Below the pieces are notes generated by a model, which saw nothing but the letters and a program-made list of their open reading frames with translations, did not search any database and was not told the origin of the DNA. Positions 9,445-18,124 of a DNA stretch of 64,000 bases are shown one piece after another (positions within the stretch are counted from its first letter, which is position 1; each line of letters starts with the position of its first letter). A program made the translations under genes and the position numbers. The DNA lies in assembly GCA_046753445.1 (NCBI GenBank), contig JBHHTQ010000002.1, positions 19,555 to 83,554 on the forward strand, written 5' to 3'. The DNA is from Anaerolineae bacterium. GTDB lineage: Bacteria > Chloroflexota > Anaerolineae > Promineifilales > Promineifilaceae.

Positions 9445-10008
9445 ATGAACACTTACCGATTTCGATATGTCCTTCTGATCATTATGTTGGGGCTGGCGCT
9501 GGCTCGCTGGCAGACGGCGGCCGCGCATGGCGGGGGCATGGTTCAGGTTTCTCGCGAACCGGCCGGGCCATACCTGGTCACTGTCTGGCTGTCGCCCACA
9601 CCGGTGCGGGCGGGCAAGCCGTTTCATCTCTCAATCAGCATCGTCAGCGACGACGGCCGTGAAACGCCGGTTCTGGATGCCCAGGTCGCGGTACAGTTGT
9701 CGGCCAGAGACAGCAAAGCGGTTGTGACTTCAACGACGGCGCCTGCTTCGGCCGCCAACCGGCTGATCTACGAGGTGGACCTGACTGCGCCGGAGCAAGG
9801 AGCGTACCGGGCAGACATCACTATCAACGGCCCGGCAGGGGAAGGAGAAATCGGCCTCGATATCGCTGTGGAACCGCCGGCGGGCGTCAACTGGCTGACC
9901 ATTGTGTTGATCAGTCTGGGGATTGCGGTGATCATCGGCCTGTACCGGATGGTACGGCCGTTGCCGACTGTTTACGATATTTTAAAAATGCACCACCCGG
10001 CAAGATAA
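9445..10008 (+). CDS. YtkA/FixH-like secreted Ig-fold protein with C-terminal TM anchor (putative Cu chaperone)
   Basis: Signal peptide ending AAAHGGGM. Pattern YLVTVWLSPTPVRAGKPFHLSISIVSDDGRETPVLDAQVAVQL matches YtkA/FixH-like domains. Last gene of the cox cluster. Confidence 0.55.
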   Translation: MNTYRFRYVLLIIMLGLALARWQTAAAHGGGMVQVSREPAGPYLVTVWLSPTPVRAGKPFHLSISIVSDDGRETPVLDAQVAVQLSARDSKAVVTSTTAPASAANRLIYEVDLTAPEQGAYRADITINGPAGEGEIGLDIAVEPPAGVNWLTIVLISLGIAVIIGLYRMVRPLPTVYDILKMHHPAR

Positions 10009-10350
10009 AAGCGTTGGGATGAGATTCCGGTTGCTTTTGAGCTGGCTGCAGAAAGGATGCAGCGGGCGGCACCACGCTTCTGGCGGGCGGGCCTGTTATA
10101 CGATTGGACAGATGCTCACCTGCAGCGGGGGGGGGGAGGAGGGCATCGCACGGGCAAAACAACTCCTCACCGAGGCCTTGGAAGAGTACGATGCGATGGG
10201 ATCAACCAACTTTGTGGAACGGATAAGGCTCCGCCTTAGGGAGCTTGAATCGGCTTGGGGAACGCGACAGGGGAAACGGGATGGGTGACAGTACTATTGT
10301 CTTGAATTTGGTGTGGGGAAGTCAGCCTCTATTCTGAAATTAGGTGCAAG

Positions 10351-11058
10351 ATGGCGACACACATTTTATTGGTAGAGGATAATGTTCTTTTAAGACGCAG
10401 CTTGGCCTTTAACTTGGAAAGCGCAGGCTACCGAGTAACGACGGCCGCTAATGCTGAATTCGCTTTAGCTTTTTCCCGTCGCGATCCACCTGATTTAGTT
10501 CTTTTGGACATCGGGCTGCCGGGGATGGACGGCCTGGACGCGCTGCCTCGCTTTCGCGATCAGGTCGGCGCCCCTGTGATCTTCCTCACCGGGCGGAGGC
10601 GGCAACTGGACGAAGCATTGGGGTTGGAATTAGGCGCGGATGATTACATCACCAAGCCGTTTGACGAAAACGTTCTCCTGGCACGTATTAAAGCGGTTCT
10701 ACGGCGGGCAAAACGGGAGACTACCGCACTCCCCACTGTAGAAGGGGGACCACTTGTTGTGGGAAATCTGGAAATTGATCTAGCAGCACACATCGTCCGC
10801 CTGAATCAAGAAATAGTCTCCCTTTCCCCACGTGAATTTGCATTGTTACATACATTGGCGTTGGAAGCGGGCCGAGTAATATCCGTAGACAATCTTCTGA
10901 CTCGCGTTTGGGGAGCGGAATATGAAGGGCAGCCGCAGGTCGTTTACGTTCATATTCGCTGGCTGCGTGAGAAGCTGGAAGAGAACCCTAACCAACCCAA
11001 CCGCATTATTACCGTACGTGGAGTCGGGTATAGACTTCAACCCGAGGGATTATCATGA
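10351..11058 (+). CDS. OmpR-family two-component response regulator
   Basis: Receiver domain (LVLLDIGLPGMDG, ADDYITKPF) plus winged-helix output (REFALLHTLA...VRGVGYRL). Confidence 0.92.
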   Translation: MATHILLVEDNVLLRRSLAFNLESAGYRVTTAANAEFALAFSRRDPPDLVLLDIGLPGMDGLDALPRFRDQVGAPVIFLTGRRRQLDEALGLELGADDYITKPFDENVLLARIKAVLRRAKRETTALPTVEGGPLVVGNLEIDLAAHIVRLNQEIVSLSPREFALLHTLALEAGRVISVDNLLTRVWGAEYEGQPQVVYVHIRWLREKLEENPNQPNRIITVRGVGYRLQPEGLS

Positions 11059-12482
11059 TACGCACGTTGACCGGGCGGTTGATCTTAAGCCATGTGCTGC
11101 CGTTCCTGATCATCATTCCTCTCACTGGTTTGGCTTTGGACTATGTATTAGAAACCCGCTTCTTAGTAGCCAATCTGATTGGGGAGTTAAGGGAAGAAAC
11201 TGTGCTGGTGGCGGAGTTAGCAACAGACCATCCTGAGATTTGGGATGATCCAAAACAAGCCCAGGTATTCGTTAATCGGGCCAGTCTGCCAGTGGCGGCA
11301 CGAGCGATGTTAGTAGATGTTGATGGCGTTTTGTTGGCTTCGACGGCCGCCGCCGATGCCACTCAAATAGGGGAGCCGCTGGAAAATATGCCAAACATGA
11401 CCGATCTGTTAAGTAGCGAGGTTACTGTACTAACAGATTTTGGTCGAGATTTGCGAACCAATGTGGTGGATGTTTTTGTGCCAGTCAGGGGGTCAGATCT
11501 GCAGGTCGTGGGCGTTGTTCGTCTGACACAACAGTTAACTAATGTATATGATCAATTCCTGATGCTCCGTTATCTCATCGCGGTTGTACTGGCAGTGGGG
11601 TTGCTTGTAGGGGGTACTGTGGCTTGGTTCTTGGGGAACAACCTGGGCCAATTGTTGCACCAAGTCACGCAAGCAGCACACGGGTTGTCAAACCGACAGC
11701 GTCTGGAGCCATTACCGGAACAAGGGCCAGGAGAAATCAAACAATTGTCTCGCGCCGTTAACAACCTGGTGTCGCAATTAGAGATGTTGGAACAAAATCG
11801 GCGGCAATTATTGTCTAATTTGGTACATGAACTCAGTAACCCGCTGAGTGCGTTACGCTCAGCCACCAATGCGCTACTGGGTGGAGCCGGAGATGACAAA
11901 AAGTTACGCCAGAATCTGTTGATTGGGATGCAGGGGGAAGAAGAGCGCCTGAATCGTTTGTTAGCTGATTTGGCTGGGTTGTATGATCAACTATCAGGCG
12001 CTTTGAAATTACAAATTAAACCATTTCCCCTCACCCCATTCTTGTTTCGGACTGTCAGCGTCTGGCGGGAGGCAGCCTATTACAAAGGGCTGGAATGGCA
12101 GGTTGACATTCCCGATGGGCTGCCAACGATAGCCGCCGATGAAGACAGACTGGCCCAGGTGGTGGGGAATTTGTTGAGCAATGCGATTAAGTATACACTC
12201 CCAGAGCATGCTGTTTCGGTTAGCGCCGGTTGCCAGGGGGATGAAGTTTGGATTCGGGTCAGCGATACCGGCGTGGGTATTGCTCAAGACGATTTGGCAC
12301 AAATCTTCACCCCTTTTTATCGTGGTACCTCTAACAGCCGCTTTGCCGATGGTATGGGATTAGGGTTAAGCATTGCCCATGATCTGGTAACTGCGCATGG
12401 CGGGCGAGTAAATGTCATTAGCAAGCCCAGTGTAGGTAGTCAGTTTACGATCTGGATACCGGTTACACCTCCTGAAGTCTAA
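11055..12482 (+). CDS. sensor histidine kinase (two TM segments, HAMP, HisKA, HATPase_c)
   Basis: H-box LVHELSNPLSAL, N-box LLSNAIKYT, G1 DTGVGI, G2 GMGLGLSI. 4-nt ATGA overlap with the regulator gene. Confidence 0.92.
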   Translation: MIRTLTGRLILSHVLPFLIIIPLTGLALDYVLETRFLVANLIGELREETVLVAELATDHPEIWDDPKQAQVFVNRASLPVAARAMLVDVDGVLLASTAAADATQIGEPLENMPNMTDLLSSEVTVLTDFGRDLRTNVVDVFVPVRGSDLQVVGVVRLTQQLTNVYDQFLMLRYLIAVVLAVGLLVGGTVAWFLGNNLGQLLHQVTQAAHGLSNRQRLEPLPEQGPGEIKQLSRAVNNLVSQLEMLEQNRRQLLSNLVHELSNPLSALRSATNALLGGAGDDKKLRQNLLIGMQGEEERLNRLLADLAGLYDQLSGALKLQIKPFPLTPFLFRTVSVWREAAYYKGLEWQVDIPDGLPTIAADEDRLAQVVGNLLSNAIKYTLPEHAVSVSAGCQGDEVWIRVSDTGVGIAQDDLAQIFTPFYRGTSNSRFADGMGLGLSIAHDLVTAHGGRVNVISKPSVGSQFTIWIPVTPPEV

Positions 12483-12743
12483 ATATCTCCTGGTCATACA
12501 AACCATGATCCATCAACGGCGGGTAGGTTGCAGCTCTACTTCTGTGCCTGCTTGGGGAAAATAGCGATAGGAGGGATCCAAATTTCTTCCAGGCCGCGCT
12601 GTCCCTTCTCTCTCAAATCTGAAGCTTCCCCCCATTTGCACCTTAAGGATACCTTGAGGTTGCTATAAACCCTCTGTAAGGACAAAAAGATATGCCCTTC
12701 TGTACTATATAAGACCTGCGGGGTTGTCAAAACCTTGTAAGTC

Positions 12744-12849
12744 TTAAGTGTTTGGCGGTTTATCTCATAAATAAATTCAGCGGAACAAATCGCCAAACCT
12801 CGCGGTGACGCGGGTTTCCTTTCTTAAATGATAAACCGTGACACACTTA
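12744..12849 (-). mobile_element. MITE-like double-hairpin repeat, full-length copy (inverted orientation)
   Basis: Its reverse complement aligns almost base-for-base with 23762-23864 (TTAAGTGTGTCACGGTTTAT...ATAAACCGCCAAACACTTAA). Confidence 0.85.
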
Positions 12850-12873
12850 TTCGATTAGAAAGAGAGCGGGTTC

Positions 12874-13653
12874 ATGGAATTGCTAACAACGGAAAATCTA
12901 GTGGCGTTTCTAACGCTTCTGGCGCTGGAAATTGTACTTGGCATTGATAACGTCATTTTTATCTCGATTTTGTCGGACAAATTACCAGCGTCGCAAAGGG
13001 TGTTGGGGCAACGACTTGGGATTGGCTGCGCCGTCATCGGGCGGCTTCTTCTTTTGTTGGTGATCACCTGGGTGCAATCATTGGAAAATACGGAGGTGTT
13101 TACGCTTCTGGGCAATGCCATCAGTGGCAAGGGCTTGGTTTTGTTGTTGGGGGGGCTTTTCCTGATTGGAAAAAGTACGTATGAAATGCATGAAAAGCTG
13201 GAAGTAGCAGAGTATGCCAAACATGGAAGCAACAAGGCCGCAATGACACTGACGGCGATGGTAGCACAGGTGATTGTGATTGATATTGTCTTTTCGCTGG
13301 ATTCGGTGATCACGGCCGTCGGTATCTCCAACGTCTTATTTGTGATGATCTCGGCTATCTTGCTGGCAGCGGCCGTCATGGTCTCATTCGCCCGCCGGGT
13401 CAGCGACTTTGTCGGCCGGCATCCTACCGTCAAAATGTTGGCCCTATCCTTTCTCATCCTTATTGGCGTCCTGCTGGTGGTCGAAGGATGGAATGCGGAA
13501 GCGGCTCACGCCTTGCAGCTGAAGAATTACATTTACTTCGCCATGGCTTTCTCCTTTTTCATCGAGATGATCAATTTGCGACTGCGCCGGGCTGGTCATC
13601 TGGTGCAACTACATAACTATCCCCGCCTGCCAGAAACGAAACATGATGCATGA
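12874..13653 (+). CDS. TerC family integral membrane protein
   Basis: LALEIVLGIDNVIFISIL and a second DIVFSLDSVITAVG repeat, typical of the TerC/YkoY family. Confidence 0.9.
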   Translation: MELLTTENLVAFLTLLALEIVLGIDNVIFISILSDKLPASQRVLGQRLGIGCAVIGRLLLLLVITWVQSLENTEVFTLLGNAISGKGLVLLLGGLFLIGKSTYEMHEKLEVAEYAKHGSNKAAMTLTAMVAQVIVIDIVFSLDSVITAVGISNVLFVMISAILLAAAVMVSFARRVSDFVGRHPTVKMLALSFLILIGVLLVVEGWNAEAAHALQLKNYIYFAMAFSFFIEMINLRLRRAGHLVQLHNYPRLPETKHDA

Positions 13654-13743
13654 TGCGTGGCGCTTTTCTGGTCACGGTTTACGATTCATGTTTCCTGTCA
13701 TGATTGCCCCTACAAATTCCCAAAGGGCCTTGAGCATAAATGT

Positions 13744-15678
13744 ATGGAGAATGTATCCTTGTACAACCTGATTGTTTTTATCGCAAGTTTTGCTGTAGTC
13801 GCGCTGGCGTCCAAACAAATAGGGGCATTTTTTGCCAGAATTAAAATCCCCAAAATCACCGGCTATCTTTTCACTGGCCTGGTAGCTGGCGGGTTCGTCC
13901 TGGGCTTTGTGCCTGAAGAAGCCGTCCACAGCCTGCGATTCATAGATGAAATTTCGCTGGCTTTCATCGCTTTTGCCGCCGGGAACGAGTTGTTCCTGCC
14001 GGAGCTGCGCGGCCGTTTTAGAAGTATTGGTTGGGTCACGGCCGGACTGGTCATCGCCACCTTTACTTTGGTCAGCACGGCCGTTTTTCTCCTGGCTCGC
14101 TTCATCCCCTTCATGAACGGGATGCCGACAATGAGTCTGGTCGCTATTTCCATCCTGGCCGGCGCCATTTTGGTGGCTCGTTCCCCCTCCTCAGCCATCG
14201 CCATCGTCAACGAACTGCGCGCCAAAGGGCCTTTCACTCAGGTTGTTCTGGGCGTTACGGTGATCATGGACGTGGTGGTGATCACGTTGTTCGCCATGAC
14301 CGCCGCCATGGCTGATGCACTCTTAAATCAGACCAGTGTCAACCTGGGTTTTATTGTTCTAGTAGGGGTTGACTTGCTGCTAGCGCTGCTGTCCGCCTAT
14401 GGTTTGTTCAAGGTATTAGAGAGGATATTGGCGATGCGCGCCGGTCTCACCGTGAAGACGGTCCTGATTTTGTTGAGCGGGTTTACCGTTTTTCTCTTGT
14501 CAACCATGATCCGTGACGCCAGCAACGCCAATTTACCGTTTGAAATCCTGGTTGAGCCGCTGCTTGTTTGTATGGTGGCCGGGTTTATGGTGAATAATTA
14601 CAGCCGTCACCGCGTGGAGTTCGCCAAAATTTTACATGACGCCGGACCGCTCGTTTTTGTCGCCTTCTTTACGCTGACCGGCGCTTCGCTCGAATTGGAC
14701 GTGCTGGCCTCAATCTGGCCCATCGCTTTGGCCCTGTTTGCCGTTCGCCTGTTGTCCATCATGATCGGTTCCTTCACCAGCGGCGTATTGGCCGGCGACC
14801 CAATGCCGCACAACCGGCTGAAATGGATGGGCTTCGTCACACAAGCCGGTGTAGCGCTGGGTCTAGCCAAAGAGGTGGCCGGAGAATTCCCCGAGTTCGG
14901 CAATGCTTTCGCTACCATGATTATCGCAGTAGTGGTGTTAAACGAGATGGTCGGCCCTATTTTCTTTAAGTTTGCCATTAATCGGGTGGGCGAAGCGCAC
15001 CCGCGCGGGGAAGTAGCTCCGTTTGACGGCGTGCGCGATGTTCTCATTTTTGGCCTGAAAGCGCAGGCGATTTCGTTGGCCCGCCAGTTGCGGCGGCATG
15101 ATTGGCAGGTGAAGCTGGTTTGCACCAGCGAACAGGCGATGGAGGAACTGGTTGCGCCGGATATTGATATTCAAATGGTTGAGGATTTGTCAGTAGAGGC
15201 GCTGCGGAAACTGGATGCCGACCACGCCGACGCCCTGGTTTCTTTCCTGCCGAATGAGCAAAGCTACCAGCTTTGCGAGCTGGCTTATGAACATTTCGGC
15301 ACGGAAACGATGGTGGTACGCTTGAGGGACCGGGCTGATTTCGAGCGTTTCCACAAGTTGGGGGTGATGGTAGTGGAGCCGCAAACGGCCGTCGTCAGCC
15401 TGCTAGAACATCTCGTGCGCTCCCCCGCCGGCACCTCCCTGCTGCTGGGGATGGATGAAGGGCAAGATGTCATTGACCTGGAAGTACGCGACCCCAACTT
15501 GCACGGCGTGGCCCTGCGCGATTTGCGCTTGCCTTTAGACGTGTTGATCCTATCCATCCACCGCAACGGCCACACCCTGGTTTCACGCGGGCACACCCAA
15601 CTGCACCTGGGCGACAAAGTGACCATGGTCGGCCCCCAGGAGAAATTAGAAGAAGTAATGCTACGCTTTGACACCTGA
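13744..15678 (+). CDS. CPA2-type cation:proton antiporter with C-terminal RCK (TrkA-N-like and TrkA-C) domains
   Basis: About 400-aa Na_H_exchanger-like membrane domain, then a TrkA-C-like segment (IDLEVRDPNLHGVALRDLRLP...LGDKVTMVG). In-frame ATG 13744 chosen over the ORF-track start 13657. Confidence 0.87.
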   Translation: MENVSLYNLIVFIASFAVVALASKQIGAFFARIKIPKITGYLFTGLVAGGFVLGFVPEEAVHSLRFIDEISLAFIAFAAGNELFLPELRGRFRSIGWVTAGLVIATFTLVSTAVFLLARFIPFMNGMPTMSLVAISILAGAILVARSPSSAIAIVNELRAKGPFTQVVLGVTVIMDVVVITLFAMTAAMADALLNQTSVNLGFIVLVGVDLLLALLSAYGLFKVLERILAMRAGLTVKTVLILLSGFTVFLLSTMIRDASNANLPFEILVEPLLVCMVAGFMVNNYSRHRVEFAKILHDAGPLVFVAFFTLTGASLELDVLASIWPIALALFAVRLLSIMIGSFTSGVLAGDPMPHNRLKWMGFVTQAGVALGLAKEVAGEFPEFGNAFATMIIAVVVLNEMVGPIFFKFAINRVGEAHPRGEVAPFDGVRDVLIFGLKAQAISLARQLRRHDWQVKLVCTSEQAMEELVAPDIDIQMVEDLSVEALRKLDADHADALVSFLPNEQSYQLCELAYEHFGTETMVVRLRDRADFERFHKLGVMVVEPQTAVVSLLEHLVRSPAGTSLLLGMDEGQDVIDLEVRDPNLHGVALRDLRLPLDVLILSIHRNGHTLVSRGHTQLHLGDKVTMVGPQEKLEEVMLRFDT

Positions 15679-15704
15679 CACCTGACACCTGGCACCTGAC
15701 ACGC
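15670..15704 (+). repeat. heptamer tandem array GACACCT x5
   Basis: GACACCT GACACCT GACACCT GGCACCT GACACGC. The first unit supplies the last codons and the TGA stop of the antiporter gene. Confidence 0.85.
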
Positions 15705-15723
15705 AACCCCAAAGAGGCAACCG

Positions 15724-16377
15724 ATGGAATATCTAAACTTTTTAATTGATTTATTTCTAAACCTGGATGAACACCTGAACGAAATTATCCAGAACTACGG
15801 CGTCTGGACATATGCGATTCTGTTTCTGGTCATTTTCATGGAAACGGGGCTGGTCATCACCCCTTTCCTGCCCGGCGATTCTTTGTTATTTGCCGCCGGC
15901 GCCTTTGCCGCGCTCGGTTCCTTTAGCGTGCTGCTGCTGTTCCTCCTGCTCTTCGCGGCCGCCGTTTTAGGCGATGCGGTCAACTATTGGATCGGCCGCA
16001 CCGTCGGCCCTCGCGCTTTTGAGCAGAACATCCGCTTTTTGAAGCGGTCACATCTGGAGAAGACGCATAAATTTTACGAGAAGCATGGCGGCAAGACGAT
16101 TGTGCTGGCCCGGTTTGTGCCCATTGTGCGCACATTTGCTCCCTTTGTGGCCGGGGTGGGGACGATGGGGTACGGCCGTTTCGCCTTCTACAACGTTTTT
16201 GGCGCATTCATCTGGACATCCCTGTTCATCTTTGGCGGTTATTTCTTCGGCAACCTACCCTTCATCAAAACCAACTTCGAGATGGTCATTCTGGGCATCA
16301 TCTTCGTATCCATTTTACCCATGATCATCGAATACATTCGCAGCCGGAACCCGCTGTCCGTTGCCCGAAATCCGTGA
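15724..16377 (+). CDS. DedA family membrane protein
   Basis: VIFMETGLVITPFLPGDSLLFAAGAFA...GRTVGPR...ARFVPIVRTFAPFVAG is the canonical DedA/SNARE-associated pattern. Confidence 0.9.
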   Translation: MEYLNFLIDLFLNLDEHLNEIIQNYGVWTYAILFLVIFMETGLVITPFLPGDSLLFAAGAFAALGSFSVLLLFLLLFAAAVLGDAVNYWIGRTVGPRAFEQNIRFLKRSHLEKTHKFYEKHGGKTIVLARFVPIVRTFAPFVAGVGTMGYGRFAFYNVFGAFIWTSLFIFGGYFFGNLPFIKTNFEMVILGIIFVSILPMIIEYIRSRNPLSVARNP

Positions 16378-16430
16378 ACCGTAATCCGTATTCCGTTATC
16401 CGTGAACAGAACACGGATTACGCAACACGG
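16351..16430. repeat. heptamer array CCGTnnn x8 followed by inverted units (AACACGG)
   Basis: CCGCTGT CCGTTGC CCGAAAT CCGTGAA CCGTAAT CCGTATT CCGTTAT CCGTGAA cag AACACGG ATTACGC AACACGG. Overlaps the last 9 codons and the stop of dedA. Confidence 0.85.
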
Positions 16431-16444
16431 ACTCAAGGAGATCC

Positions 16445-17638
16445 ATGAGTCAAGAATTTTTGAACTTCATCCTGGCGCTTGTCATCATCATCACGGCCGC
16501 CAAAACGGGCGGGTATCTCAGCGTCCGCCTCAAGCAGCCATCGGTGTTGGGCGAGCTGTTAGCTGGCCTCATCCTGGGACCGACCCTGTTGGATATGCTC
16601 CACGCCTGGCCCGTCTTTGGCGGCGATGAGCTGCTGGGCGAATCCCTCACCCTCATGGCCGAGTTAGGCGTCCTGCTGCTGCTGATGCTGGCCGGGTTGG
16701 AACTGCACCTGTCCGAGTTGCTCAAATCGGGCAAAGTAGCGGCGCTGGCCGGGACGCTGGGCGTTGTCATACCGTTGGGATTGGGCTGGGGCACGGCCGT
16801 CTTATTCGGCGCGCCTTCATCCGAAGCGATGTTCATCGGCCTGACCCTGGCCGCCACCAGCGTCAGCATTTCGGCGCAGACGTTGATGGAGTTAAAAGTA
16901 TTGCGCAGCCGGGTGGGATTGGCGTTGTTGGGCGCGGCCGTTTTCGACGACATCCTGGTCATCCTCATCCTCTCCGTTTCATTCATCCTGGTCGGCGGCG
17001 CGGCCGGGGGGGTGAGCAGCGTCATCATCACCATCCTGAGCATGGTCGGCTATCTGGTTGCTGCTTCCCTGTTGGGATTTTGGCTGCTGCCGCGGCTGGC
17101 GTACTGGATTGACCGGCTGCCCATCAGCCAGGGGGTGCTGGCCTTTACCCTGGCGTCCAGCTTGATTTACGCCTGGGCGGCCGAAGTCGTCGGCGGGATG
17201 GCCGCCATCACCGGCGCTTTTCTGGTCGGCCTGTTTCTGGCCCGCACGCCCTTCAAAAAACAGATCGAATCTGGCGCATCGGCGCTGGCGTATGGCTTTT
17301 TTGTCCCCATTTTCTTCGTCAACATCGGCCTGGAAGTGAACATGCGCGCTATTGGCGGAGGCGTTTTCTGGTTTGCGCTGGCTATCACCCTCGTCGCCGT
17401 CCTCAGCAAGCTGGCCAGCAGCGGCTTGGGCGCGCGGCTGGGCGGCCTCAGCCGCCGGGAATCGTGGCAGTTAGGTATCGGCATGGTTTCTCGCGGCGAA
17501 GTTGGCCTCATCGTCGCTTCTTTTGCCCTGGCCGAAGGGCTGCTTTCTGTAGAGAATTTTTCGGTAGTCGTTTTTATGGTCATCATGGCCACGCTGGTGA
17601 CACCACCAATGCTGCGGGCGTCGTTTGCCAAACGGTAG
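16445..17638 (+). CDS. CPA2-type cation:proton antiporter (NapA/Kef-like membrane domain only)
   Basis: 397 aa, about 12 TM helices. N-terminal GGYLSVRLKQPSVLGELLAGLILGP motif typical of Na_H_exchanger family proteins. Confidence 0.9.
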   Translation: MSQEFLNFILALVIIITAAKTGGYLSVRLKQPSVLGELLAGLILGPTLLDMLHAWPVFGGDELLGESLTLMAELGVLLLLMLAGLELHLSELLKSGKVAALAGTLGVVIPLGLGWGTAVLFGAPSSEAMFIGLTLAATSVSISAQTLMELKVLRSRVGLALLGAAVFDDILVILILSVSFILVGGAAGGVSSVIITILSMVGYLVAASLLGFWLLPRLAYWIDRLPISQGVLAFTLASSLIYAWAAEVVGGMAAITGAFLVGLFLARTPFKKQIESGASALAYGFFVPIFFVNIGLEVNMRAIGGGVFWFALAITLVAVLSKLASSGLGARLGGLSRRESWQLGIGMVSRGEVGLIVASFALAEGLLSVENFSVVVFMVIMATLVTPPMLRASFAKR

Positions 17639-17639
17639 G

Positions 17640-17732
17640 CCGTTGTCCGTATTCCGTTATCCGTTGTCCGTATTCCGTTATCCGTTATCGGAACACGGAA
17701 CACGGAATACGGAATACCGAACACGGAAAACG
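17640..17732. repeat. 93-nt palindromic heptamer array (7 forward CCGTnnT units, about 6 inverted AAnACGG units)
   Basis: CCGTTGT CCGTATT CCGTTAT CCGTTGT CCGTATT CCGTTAT CCGTTAT cgg AACACGG AACACGG AATACGG AATACCG AACACGG AAAACG. Can fold into a long imperfect hairpin between the antiporter stop and the next RBS. Confidence 0.9.
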
Positions 17733-17748
17733 AAATAAGGAGACATTT

Positions 17749-18120
17749 ATGTACTACATGATATTGCTCGTCCTGGATAATTTAGAACAATGTCCCTCCG
17801 TACTCGACGCCTGGGAAGCGGCTGGCGCACCCGGCGTCACGATACTAGAAAGCACGGGACTGGCCCGCATGAAGTCGGGCATTCGTGATGATCTGCCGCT
17901 GATGCCCAGTATCACCAGCTTACTCAAGGGGCGCGAGGAGCATCACCGCACCCTTTTCACGGTGGTGCAAGACGAGGCACAGGTGGATCAGATTATTGAA
18001 ACGACCCAGGCTATCACCGGCGATCTGGAAAACGCGCACAACGGCGTTTTGTTTGTGCTGCCGGTGACGCGGGTAGTAGGGTTGCACGGGGCGCAAAAGC
18101 GGGCGCGCGGTCAGGAGTGA
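17749..18120 (+). CDS. P-II-like signal-transduction family protein
   Basis: 123 aa with AAGGAG RBS. Collinear with GlnB-type P-II: the N-terminal MILLVLDNLEQCPSVLDAWEAAGAPGVTILESTGLAR stretch, a T-loop-like insert, then the C-terminal HHRTLFTVVQDEAQVDQIIETTQAITGDLENAHNGVLFVLPVTRVVGL stretch. The ORF-track start at 17464 reads through the repeat array and is rejected. Confidence 0.65.
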   Translation: MYYMILLVLDNLEQCPSVLDAWEAAGAPGVTILESTGLARMKSGIRDDLPLMPSITSLLKGREEHHRTLFTVVQDEAQVDQIIETTQAITGDLENAHNGVLFVLPVTRVVGLHGAQKRARGQE

Positions 18121-18124
18121 AAAG

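Noticed and set aside
12536-12796. An 86-aa ORF, and the 95-aa ORF at 23797-24084, which share the peptide (A/D)FIYEINRQTL.
   Set aside because: The shared peptide is translated from the MITE-like repeat. Outside the repeat the two ORFs are unrelated, so they are repeat artefacts and not a gene family.
12797-12873. A yybP-ykoY (Mn) riboswitch upstream of the TerC gene.
   Set aside because: The short spacer is almost entirely occupied by the MITE-like element. I could not find the conserved riboswitch helices or motifs.
16351-17732. Could the short repeat arrays be CRISPR arrays?
   Set aside because: The units are 7-8 nt and contiguous, with no spacers of 25-40 nt. No cas genes are present, and several arrays are self-complementary.
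17464-17748. Upstream extension of the P-II-like ORF (ORF-track start 17464).
   Set aside because: It overlaps the antiporter 3' end and translates the heptamer array (CPYSVIRCPYSVIR...). An AAGGAG RBS precedes ATG 17749.
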